Assembly (NCBI GenBank): GCA_903847975.1
Contig: CAINFC010000310.1
Span: 1 to 27,512 of the forward strand
DNA: 27,512 bases
Source: an uncultured Acidobacteriota bacterium
GTDB lineage: Bacteria; Acidobacteriota; UBA6911; CAINFC01
Direction of reading: 5' to 3'
Shown: one piece after another, positions 15,534-23,423 of the stretch
Numbering within the stretch: position 1 is the first letter of the stretch
Layout: each line of letters begins with the position of its first letter
Notes under the pieces: generated by a model
Database searches by the model: none
Told to the model about the DNA's origin: nothing
The model's input: the letters and a program-made list of their open reading frames with translations, nothing else
Program-made: the position numbers and the translations under genes

Positions 15534-16713
15534 ACGGACCATCGTCCACCTGAACGTGGCCGACTTCGCGGTGGCCGTGGAACGGGTCATCGACTCCCGG
15601 CTCAAAACCCGCCCGGTGGTGGTGGCCGTGCCGGGGCAGAACCGCTCGGCGGTGTATGACATGAGCGAAGAGGCTTACCAGAGCGGCGTCCGCAAAGGGA
15701 TGGCGGTGCAGCGCGCCCTGCGGCTCTGCTCGCAGGCGGTGGTGGTCGCTCCCCGCTTCGACCGCTACGAGCGGGCCATGAACGCCTTCCTCCGCCACGC
15801 CCAGCCGTATTCCCCCCTGATCGAGGCCGAGGAGGTCAACGGCCACCTGTTCCTGGACCTGAGCGGCACGGGGCGGCTGTTCGGCCCGCCGCCCGACATC
15901 GCCTGGCGCATCCGCCGGGAGACCCGGCAGGACCTCGGCTTCGACCCCATCTGGACCCTGGCCCCCAACAAGCTGGTAGCCAAGGTGGCCAGCCGGATCG
16001 TCAAGCCGACCGGCGAATATATCGTCCAGGACGGCGAGCAGGAGGAGTTTCTGAAGCCCCTGCCGATCGGTCTCCTGCCGGGGCTGGAGGCGGAAGATCT
16101 CCTGCTCCTGAAGGATTTCCACATTTCCCTGACCGGCCAGCTGAGCCCCTGGACCCCGGACCAGTGGAGAGTGGTTTTCGGCCGGCGGGGAGACTGCCTC
16201 CACCGGCTGATCCGGGGAGAAGACCCCACGCCGGTACAGCCCGCCGGCCAGAAGGAGGAAAAAATCCAGGCGGATTTTCCCTTCGGAGACGACACCAACG
16301 ACTGGCAGCAGGTGGAATCGACCCTGTTCCGGCTGGCGGAAAAAATCGGCTACGAGCTGCGCTGCCGGCAGCGGGTCGCCCGGCGACTTACCCTGACCGT
16401 CGACTATTCCGACGGCATTCGCACCCAGCGGCAGAAGACCGACCCTTCGGGCACCGCCAACGACTTCAAGCTGTTCGCCTGGGCCGGGACGATCCTGAAG
16501 CTGGCCTGGAGCCGGCGCACCCGCATCCGCTGCCTGAAGCTCTGCGGCGACCGCCTGGCCTTCCCCTCGGCCCAGCGTTCGCTCTTTGCAGAAACCGAGC
16601 AGGAAAACCGCCGGCGCGACAGCCTGATGTCGGCCATCGACCGGATCCGGCAGCGATTCGGCAAAGACATGCTCCAGGTCGGCATCGGCCGCTGCCGCGC
16701 TCCGGCCGCCTGA
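15472..16713 (+). CDS. Y-family DNA polymerase-like protein with substitutions at the catalytic carboxylates (ImuB-like, probably catalytically inactive)
   Basis: N-terminal TIVHLNVADFAVAVE aligns with the DinB/Dpo4 motif I-HVDMDCFFAAVE, but with Asn/Ala where the metal-binding Asp residues sit. The second motif region (PLIEAEEVNGHLFLDLSGTGRLFG versus PLSLDEAYLDVTG..LFG) also lacks the DE pair in the most natural alignment. The start is uncertain: ATG 15472 overlaps DUF72 by 62 nt; an in-frame TTG at 15511 is the alternative. Confidence 0.7.
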   Translation: MPPPWRALSGITDLSWASWHERTIVHLNVADFAVAVERVIDSRLKTRPVVVAVPGQNRSAVYDMSEEAYQSGVRKGMAVQRALRLCSQAVVVAPRFDRYERAMNAFLRHAQPYSPLIEAEEVNGHLFLDLSGTGRLFGPPPDIAWRIRRETRQDLGFDPIWTLAPNKLVAKVASRIVKPTGEYIVQDGEQEEFLKPLPIGLLPGLEAEDLLLLKDFHISLTGQLSPWTPDQWRVVFGRRGDCLHRLIRGEDPTPVQPAGQKEEKIQADFPFGDDTNDWQQVESTLFRLAEKIGYELRCRQRVARRLTLTVDYSDGIRTQRQKTDPSGTANDFKLFAWAGTILKLAWSRRTRIRCLKLCGDRLAFPSAQRSLFAETEQENRRRDSLMSAIDRIRQRFGKDMLQVGIGRCRAPAA

Positions 16714-16775
16714 AGCACCCCCGCCGATTGATCCGGAAGGCGGATATATGGATCCGTGGCGCCGGCAACCGACGC

Positions 16776-18701
16776 TTAGGATTCCGGCCTGGCGAACATG
16801 CGGGTCAGAGTGGCCGCCAGGCCGTCGACGGCGCTGCCTCCGGTCACCAGGGTCTGGGGCATGAAGGGCACATTGCTCTTGGCCAGACCGTCGACGATAT
16901 TGACCATCATGGTAGCCTGCTGCCCCAGCGCCCGGACCTGCTTTTCATACGCTTCCGCCTTGGCTAGCCCGATGGCCCGAACCTGGGCTCCCTGGGCCGC
17001 GCCGGTCTGCTCGATAAAGGTGGCCTCGCCTTCGGCCTCCTTCTTGCGCGCCTGGGTGCGGTTGTTCTGGATCTCCACCCCGACCTGGGATTTGGCCAGA
17101 TCGGCCTGCAGATCGGCCGTGCCCTTGGCTTTTTCCGTCTGGATGCGCTCTTCCTGGGCCATTTTCTGCATGCGGAACGTCTCCACCTGCTGGTTGGCTA
17201 TTTCCCTCTGGGTCAGGACCTCGACCAGCTGGCTCGGCAGGGTGACCGCCTGGATGTAAACGCCGCGGGTTTCCACCCGGTATTTACTCAGCTCTTCCCT
17301 GACATAGTCGAAGGCGCCCTGCTGCACCATCTCGCGGCTGCCGATAAAGGTGACCGCAGGCATGCCCTGAAGCTTGTTGCGGAAATGGTTTCCCACCGCC
17401 GCCTGCAGGACTTCATTGACCAGGTTGGAAACGCTCCCCACCATGGAAATCACCAGGGGAGCCTGGGTGTCCGGAATATGAATCTGGACCTGCAGGTCGA
17501 TGGCAAAGGCAAAGCCCTCGCTGCTCTTGGCTTCGATCTGCTTGAGCTGGGCGTCCAGGTTATGGGCCTGCGAGACCACATCCGCCCAGTTCAGGGTGAT
17601 GATAAAGGTCGGCACAATCACGGCCTGGTAGCATCGCGGATTGATCGGGTACTTGCCGGTGCGCAGCGGCTCCTCCCAGATACCGCGATGCCCGGGGCGC
17701 ACCAGGCTGCCGAACTTGAACTCTGCGCCGGAAGTGTCTTTGGTCGGAAGTCCGACATACGCCTTGACGACCGCCACCTGCCCCTGCTCCACCACCAGCA
17801 TGGGGACCTTTTCCACCCGGAGCAGAAAAGGGTTGAGGTTGTATGCGCCGTAAAGCAGGGGATCATGCTGCAAGCCGATCCGTCCGCCCAGGTCCAGGAA
17901 TTTCTGAAAATCCTGATAGGCGTTGTGCCGGTCGCACTGACTGCCCAGGATCGTCTCGATCAGCTGGGCATTATTCGTTTCCGGGTGATTCTCCAGCTGC
18001 TCGATGTCGCGGAAGCCGACCAGGCGGCTGGCGATATCTCCGGCGGGAAGGGGCTGTCCTTCCAGGGTGGTGACGATGCCGATCATATCGATCACCCTGC
18101 CCGCTTCCGTGGGATAGGGAGCGATTTGCGTCACCTCCAGCTGCTCCTCGACCAGCCCGAAGGATCCGAAAGTCGGTTTTCCTCTGTCGTCGCTCAGTTT
18201 CTGCCACTGGGAAGAAACCGGTATGCCGAAAATTTCCGGCTTGGTAATGACCAGAAATCCGATCGGATGGATGGGAGCCAGGGTCCCGGGCTGCAGAACC
18301 GGCCGCTGGACACCCTTCTGCCCTCCCTTTTCCACGAAGGTCTTCAGGTCGGCAAAATTGCCGAATTCCGGCTTGTAAACGGCCGATTTGGCACCAATCG
18401 GCAAGGGCTGACCGACCTGGGCAATTACCACGCCGATCTGCCCGGGAGGCACCTGAACCCATGGATGCTTGGTGACCGCATAGAGCAGCCAGAATTTGAA
18501 GCGGAGTCCGGGCATCAGCAATTCCGCCTGATAGCCGGCCTCCTGCAGGAAGGCGATCGGGTCGTCACCCGGCAGCTTTCGGCCGAAGCGCTTCCGGATC
18601 AGACCGATTTGCGTCGGTCCGATGGAATAGAGGGAAGAAAGAAGAATCCACAACACGGCAAAACCTGAAAAAGCCCAGAAGAAGGTGGTCAGGGTCATCA
18701 T
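16776..18701 (-). CDS. Flotillin/SPFH (band-7) family membrane protein
   Basis: N-terminal transmembrane segment, long SPFH-like core, and a C-terminal Ala/Glu/Gln/Lys-rich coiled-coil (QEERIQTEKAKGTADLQ...AEGEA...AIGLAKAEAYEKQVRALG) typical of flotillin-like YqiK proteins. AGGAGG lies 6 nt before the ATG. Confidence 0.8.
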   Translation of the reverse strand: MMTLTTFFWAFSGFAVLWILLSSLYSIGPTQIGLIRKRFGRKLPGDDPIAFLQEAGYQAELLMPGLRFKFWLLYAVTKHPWVQVPPGQIGVVIAQVGQPLPIGAKSAVYKPEFGNFADLKTFVEKGGQKGVQRPVLQPGTLAPIHPIGFLVITKPEIFGIPVSSQWQKLSDDRGKPTFGSFGLVEEQLEVTQIAPYPTEAGRVIDMIGIVTTLEGQPLPAGDIASRLVGFRDIEQLENHPETNNAQLIETILGSQCDRHNAYQDFQKFLDLGGRIGLQHDPLLYGAYNLNPFLLRVEKVPMLVVEQGQVAVVKAYVGLPTKDTSGAEFKFGSLVRPGHRGIWEEPLRTGKYPINPRCYQAVIVPTFIITLNWADVVSQAHNLDAQLKQIEAKSSEGFAFAIDLQVQIHIPDTQAPLVISMVGSVSNLVNEVLQAAVGNHFRNKLQGMPAVTFIGSREMVQQGAFDYVREELSKYRVETRGVYIQAVTLPSQLVEVLTQREIANQQVETFRMQKMAQEERIQTEKAKGTADLQADLAKSQVGVEIQNNRTQARKKEAEGEATFIEQTGAAQGAQVRAIGLAKAEAYEKQVRALGQQATMMVNIVDGLAKSNVPFMPQTLVTGGSAVDGLAATLTRMFARPES

Positions 18702-18895
18702 AAGCGTCCTCCTTGATAATTTACCTCTTCCACACCGACAACAAAGAAAAATACCCCCCTACCGAACCACATATTCAAAGAATCGTCCGTTTTGCTGCCA
18801 TGACGGGGGAGGTCCGGAAGCAGGAAGTAACAAGGAAGCGGCATGGGAATCGGCTATAATGAAATTTTACTTGTCCGCGAAGAGATGGATTTCCT

Positions 18896-19840
18896 GTGAA
18901 CGCCATTTACAGCAGCCTCCGGATGCGCCGACGCTACGAAGCCTGGTTTCTCACCCTGCGGATGGCCGACGGCAGCGGTGCCTGGTGGTTTCGCTATCTG
19001 CTGCACACCCCCGGACGGCCACGAGACGGAATGCTCCGGGATCCGCAGGATTTCCCGATGCAGCTCTGGGCCACCTGGTTCCCCCGGGACGGAGCGCCGC
19101 AGAGCTTCCTGCAGGGCTTTCCGTTGCAGGATTTCTCGTCCAGCGGCCGGAACCGGCGTCCCTTCCACCTGCAGATCGGCAACCATTTTCTGGACGACGA
19201 GGGCTGCCGGGGCGGCGTGGAAAGCCGCGATCACCGGATCCACTGGGAGCTGCAGGTGCGTTCCACCCAGCATTACAGCCTGAGCGAAGTGGGCTGGATC
19301 GGATTCTGCCGGGCGGCGCACAGCGATGCCGTCTTCTCCGGCTTCATCGAGATGGACGGACGGCGGTGGGAAGGAGAAATTCTCGGCTGGGGGGTTCAGG
19401 GGCACAACTGCGGGTACCGGCACCGTCGACGCTGGAGCTGGGCGCACTGCCTGCTGCTGGACGGGAAGCAGCCTGTCGGCTCCTTCGAAGCCCTTTCCTA
19501 TGATATTCCCCTGGGAGGGCACGTGCGCCGCGCCGTTCTCTGGCAGGACGGCGCGAGGACCCTGTTTCGCAACGTCCGGGAAGTGGTCCGCACCCGCCGG
19601 CCCTTCGCCTGGGAGCTGCAGTGCCGGGATTCCCGCAGTCCCTTCCGGGCCGAGGTCCGCCTGGAAGGCCACCCCCCGTCCAATCACGCTCTGTCTTACC
19701 GGGCCACGGACGGACGGAGCTCTTTCGAGGTTGGCAACAACAGCCTGGCCCGGGCCAGGGTCCGGGTGCTGTCGGCGGACGGCCGGGTCCGGGATTGGGA
19801 AGCCGACGGCAGCACCGTTCTCGAGATGGCAGGAGAATGA
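18896..19840 (+). CDS. Hypothetical Trp/Arg-rich protein (about 314 aa), divergent from the flotillin gene
   Basis: Long ORF with a non-junk composition. The start is a GTG at 18896 (alternative ATG at the MRRRYEAWF Met). A TATAAT lies 40 nt upstream. No family recognised. Confidence 0.45.
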   Translation: MNAIYSSLRMRRRYEAWFLTLRMADGSGAWWFRYLLHTPGRPRDGMLRDPQDFPMQLWATWFPRDGAPQSFLQGFPLQDFSSSGRNRRPFHLQIGNHFLDDEGCRGGVESRDHRIHWELQVRSTQHYSLSEVGWIGFCRAAHSDAVFSGFIEMDGRRWEGEILGWGVQGHNCGYRHRRRWSWAHCLLLDGKQPVGSFEALSYDIPLGGHVRRAVLWQDGARTLFRNVREVVRTRRPFAWELQCRDSRSPFRAEVRLEGHPPSNHALSYRATDGRSSFEVGNNSLARARVRVLSADGRVRDWEADGSTVLEMAGE

Positions 19841-19925
19841 TGCCGGTGGCCCCGGGGGCCGGGCATTCCAGGCGCTCCCCTGGGGGATAAAGCGAAAATA
19901 TCCCTCTCCAGGTCAGGGGGAGTGA

Positions 19926-19963
19926 AGGACACTCGCTTTCCTGATTTGAAAAGCGGGTGTCCT
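19926..19963 (+). terminator. Imperfect 13-bp-stem hairpin (GGACACtCGCTTT - cctgatttg - AAAGCGgGTGTCC) followed by a TTGATTGTGTTGATTGTG direct repeat, between convergent genes
   Basis: Stem arms are reverse complements with one mismatch/bulge. A T-rich 9-mer is repeated twice immediately 3' of the stem. It lies in the 148-bp convergent gap between 18896-19840 (+) and 19989-22937 (-). Confidence 0.4.
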
Positions 19964-19988
19964 TGATTGTGTTGATTGTGCTTCTTGC

Positions 19989-22937
19989 TCATCCCTCCGC
20001 AAGAACCTCCCTGACTTTTATACCCAACTCATTCATTGAGTACGGTTTCTGAAGAAAGGGCACACCCTGGTCCAGAACTCCCTGGTGGGCGATGACGTCG
20101 GATGTGTAGCCCGACATGAACAGGCGCCGGATTCCCGGGTAAACGGACAGCATGTTTTTCACCAGGTCGCGGCCATTCATTTCGGGCATGACCACGTCGG
20201 TCAGAACAAGGTCGATGCGGCCGGGATACTCACGGGCCAAACGGATGGCCTCTCCCGGAGTGCGGGCGGTGATCACCGTGTACCCCAGAATCACCAGCAT
20301 TTTCGTGGTCATGTTCAGGAACGCCGGCTCGTCCTCCACCAGGAGAATGGTCCCGCTGCCGTACACCGCGGCCTGCAACCCGGACTCCTCCCTCTCCGGC
20401 ACCTCTTTGGCTCTGTAGCACGGCAGATAAATTTTGAAGGCCGTTCCCTGGCCGGGTTCGCTGAACACGTGGATGAAGCCGTCGTTCTGCTTGACGATGC
20501 CGTGAACCGTGGCCAGCCCCAAACCGGTGCCCTTGCCCAGCTCCTTGGTGGAAAAGAACGGCTCGAAGATATGGGGAAGCGTCTCGGCGTCTATACCGCA
20601 GCCGTTGTCGCTCACCGTCAGCAGGACGTACTCGCCGGGAACCAGGTCCGCATGGGGAGATCCGCAGCCCTCGTCCAGGGTGACATTGCCGGTTTCGATC
20701 GTGAGCCGGCCCGGACCAGCGATGGCGTCCCGCGCGTTGACGCAGAGGTTGGCCAGAATCTGGTCGATCTGGACGGGGTCCATCTTGACCGGCCAGAGAT
20801 CCCTGCCCGGCAGCCAGGCCAGGTCGATATCCTCGCCGATGAGCCGCCTCAGGATCCGGAGCATGCCCTCAACGGTGCCGTTGAGGTCGAGCAGCCGGGG
20901 AGCAATAGTCTGCTTGCGGGCAAAGGCCAGCAGCTGCCGGGTGAGGTCGGCGGAGCGCTCGGCCGCCTTCTGGATCTCTTCCAGGGAAGTGCGCAGAGGC
21001 TCGGCAGGACCCACCTTCGCCAGGGCCATCTCCGCGTGTCCCAGGATGACCCCCAGCATGTTGTTGAAATCGTGGGCCACTCCGCCCGCCAGCCGGCCCA
21101 CCGACTCCATCTTCTGGGATTGGGTAAGCTGGGCCCGGATCCTCTCCCGCTCCTCCTCGGCCTTTTTGCGGTCGGTGATGTCCTGGTTCACGCCGAAGGT
21201 CTTGACCGTCCGGCCTTTTTCGTTCTTGACAACAAAGTACTGCACCGATACATAGCCGATTTCGCCGTCCGCATAGCGGATGCGGTGGTCGAGCCGGCAG
21301 CTGAAATGCGGATCGTGGGTCTCGATCGCTTTCTGTGTCTCACCGGCCACGAGGGACACGTCATCCGGATGGAGGAACCGCCTGGCATATTCCTCCATCG
21401 GCATCGTGTAGCCGCCTTCCCGCTCGGCCGTGGTGCGCAAGACCGCATAGAATGCGTCGTTGAAGGTGAACGTGGCCGCGTCGATATCCAGCTCCCATGG
21501 ACCCAGCCGGGCGATGCTGACGGCATTGGCCAGCTGCAATTCGCTGGAATGCAGAGCCGCCTCGGCCCGCTTCCGGTCGGCGATGAAACGCGCCTGCTGG
21601 ACGTTCTGATAAGCGGCATTGGAAAGCTGGTTGGCCAGAGTGAAGAGAGCCCGGGCGACCTTCTCGAACTGCAGGCGCGACATGGCGGGCACTTCGTGAA
21701 AGGCTTCCACTGCGGAGTTCTCGTCGACACCGATCTCCCGGGCATAAACCCTGATCTTCTCTTCGGTCTGCTCCGAGTCGCGAACCTGGCCGATCAGCCA
21801 GTTGGCCACGTGGCGACCGCCCACGGAAATGGCCGCGCCGGCATCCCAGAGCCCGCCGCTCATGCAGGGCTGGATCGCGGGCCCGTCCAGGCTGGGCCGC
21901 CCCAGAGCGGCATCGGACCGGAAGCAGTTCGCCAACCCCTTATCCGTCCTGCGGATGAGGTCTTTGCACAGGCGGCAGAAGCCGGAAGGCGCAGTAAGGG
22001 GTGTGCCGTCGGGCCGCGTGATGATGGATGCCACACCGGCCGCCTGGGCGAACTCATCCTGCAGACGCTGAATTTCGGCCGGATTGAACAGATCCTCAAA
22101 TTCGATCCCCGCGGAACTGTCCAGCGGCTGCGTGAGGGCCACCAGGCGCTTCTCCATCGCTTCCTCGGCCCGCTTGCGCTCGGTGGTGTCGATCAGGAAG
22201 CCTTCCGCTCCGACGATCTCGCCGGACCGGATGACGGGCTGGGCCGAAATGGTATGAAATCCGACCCGGCCGTCGCGACCGCGACGCGACAACTCGCCGG
22301 AAAGGATGCTGATGCCGGCAAAAAGCGCCTCGAATTTCTGGCGGGCCGCCTCCAGGTCGCGCTCCGTCTGGGTCAGGGAGAAATGCCTTCCGATCACTTC
22401 GTCCGGGGAATCATAGCCGTGCATGGACAGCCATGCCGCATTGACGTGCCGGTAACACCCCGCCCGGTCGATAAAGAAATATCCGGCGGCGGCATGGTTG
22501 ACAATCCCCCGGAACCGCTCCTCGCTCTCGCGCAAGGCCCGCTCTGTCTTGATCACATCAAACATGCGCGCCACGGCGATCGGTAAAATATCCAGGAAAT
22601 CCATGTCTTTGATCAGGTAATCGGAGGCTCCGAGCTTCATCATCTCTACGGCCAGGCGCTCGTCTCCCTGGCCGGTCATCACCAGGAAGGGCACTTTAAT
22701 GCCGCGCTCCGCCAAGGCGTCCAGAAGCTGCCGGCCGGTCATTCCGGGGAGGCTCTGGTCCAGGAGAATCGCGTCGGGTTCGCCGGCACCGATGTGCTCC
22801 AGCGCTCCGCGGCCGTCTGCCGCGCCGGCAGCTTCGTATCCCTCTTTGGCAAGGACCTTGAGGAGCAGACCCCGCAGGTTCCCGTCATCCTCCACGACCA
22901 GGATCCGGTTTCGCACTCCGTCTTTTTGTCCGGTCAT
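19989..22937 (-). CDS. Hybrid sensor histidine kinase/response regulator: REC - PAS - PocR sensory domain - PAS - HisKA - HATPase_c - REC
   Basis: N-terminal REC ([10 protein letters not shown]...[14 protein letters not shown]). PocR-like Cys-containing domain ([39 protein letters not shown]...[30 protein letters not shown]). H-box [19 protein letters not shown]-boxes DNGCGID and GTGLGLA. C-terminal REC ([10 protein letters not shown]...[14 protein letters not shown]). The ATG at 22937 is preceded by AGGAGAAGGGGA. Confidence 0.85.
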   Translation of the reverse strand: MTGQKDGVRNRILVVEDDGNLRGLLLKVLAKEGYEAAGAADGRGALEHIGAGEPDAILLDQSLPGMTGRQLLDALAERGIKVPFLVMTGQGDERLAVEMMKLGASDYLIKDMDFLDILPIAVARMFDVIKTERALRESEERFRGIVNHAAAGYFFIDRAGCYRHVNAAWLSMHGYDSPDEVIGRHFSLTQTERDLEAARQKFEALFAGISILSGELSRRGRDGRVGFHTISAQPVIRSGEIVGAEGFLIDTTERKRAEEAMEKRLVALTQPLDSSAGIEFEDLFNPAEIQRLQDEFAQAAGVASIITRPDGTPLTAPSGFCRLCKDLIRRTDKGLANCFRSDAALGRPSLDGPAIQPCMSGGLWDAGAAISVGGRHVANWLIGQVRDSEQTEEKIRVYAREIGVDENSAVEAFHEVPAMSRLQFEKVARALFTLANQLSNAAYQNVQQARFIADRKRAEAALHSSELQLANAVSIARLGPWELDIDAATFTFNDAFYAVLRTTAEREGGYTMPMEEYARRFLHPDDVSLVAGETQKAIETHDPHFSCRLDHRIRYADGEIGYVSVQYFVVKNEKGRTVKTFGVNQDITDRKKAEEERERIRAQLTQSQKMESVGRLAGGVAHDFNNMLGVILGHAEMALAKVGPAEPLRTSLEEIQKAAERSADLTRQLLAFARKQTIAPRLLDLNGTVEGMLRILRRLIGEDIDLAWLPGRDLWPVKMDPVQIDQILANLCVNARDAIAGPGRLTIETGNVTLDEGCGSPHADLVPGEYVLLTVSDNGCGIDAETLPHIFEPFFSTKELGKGTGLGLATVHGIVKQNDGFIHVFSEPGQGTAFKIYLPCYRAKEVPEREESGLQAAVYGSGTILLVEDEPAFLNMTTKMLVILGYTVITARTPGEAIRLAREYPGRIDLVLTDVVMPEMNGRDLVKNMLSVYPGIRRLFMSGYTSDVIAHQGVLDQGVPFLQKPYSMNELGIKVREVLAEG

Positions 22938-22947
22938 TCCCCTTCTC

Positions 22948-23394
22948 CTAAGTGTTGCCGTTAATCTTCGGCACCTGGACCACGGCCAGAAAAAGCCCCA
23001 GCTGCCGGATGGCGTTGACAAAGGCATCGTACTCCACGGGCTTGGTGAGGTAGCTGCTGCACCCCAGGGCGTGGCAGCGCTCCACCTCGCGGGGGTCGTC
23101 GGTGGTGGTGATCATGACCACCGGTATCTTGCGCAGCTCCGGGTCGGCCTTGATCTGCGCCAGTACCTCGGTGCCGTCGAGCTTGGGCATGCGAATGTCG
23201 AGGAGCAGCACATAGGCTTCTCCGGACGTCCGTTGCGGACCGGGGGCCCTGCGGAAAAGAAAATCGACTACTTCCTGCCCGTCCCGGAACGGAAGGATCT
23301 TGTTGGCGATCCCTGCCCGATGGAGGTTTTTGCGGATCAGTTCCGCATGGCCCTCGTCGTCCTCGGCAATCAGAATGATGACTTCCTGGTTCAT
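22948..23394 (-). CDS. Single-domain response regulator (CheY-like REC)
   Basis: VIILIAEDDEGHAELIRKNL...LLLDIRMPKLDGTEVL...KIPVVMITT...SSYLTKP is a canonical receiver domain. GGAGG RBS. The gene ends 10 nt before the hybrid kinase start. Confidence 0.85.
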   Translation of the reverse strand: MNQEVIILIAEDDEGHAELIRKNLHRAGIANKILPFRDGQEVVDFLFRRAPGPQRTSGEAYVLLLDIRMPKLDGTEVLAQIKADPELRKIPVVMITTTDDPREVERCHALGCSSYLTKPVEYDAFVNAIRQLGLFLAVVQVPKINGNT

Positions 23395-23423
23395 ATTTCT
23401 TCCTCCATGATTTTCGGTGCTGG

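Noticed and set aside
20085-22586. 833-aa plus-strand ORF opposite the hybrid kinase gene, and 25020-26198 (+) opposite the sensor kinase
   Set aside because: Antisense shadow ORFs. The minus-strand frames contain canonical H-box/G-box/REC motifs.
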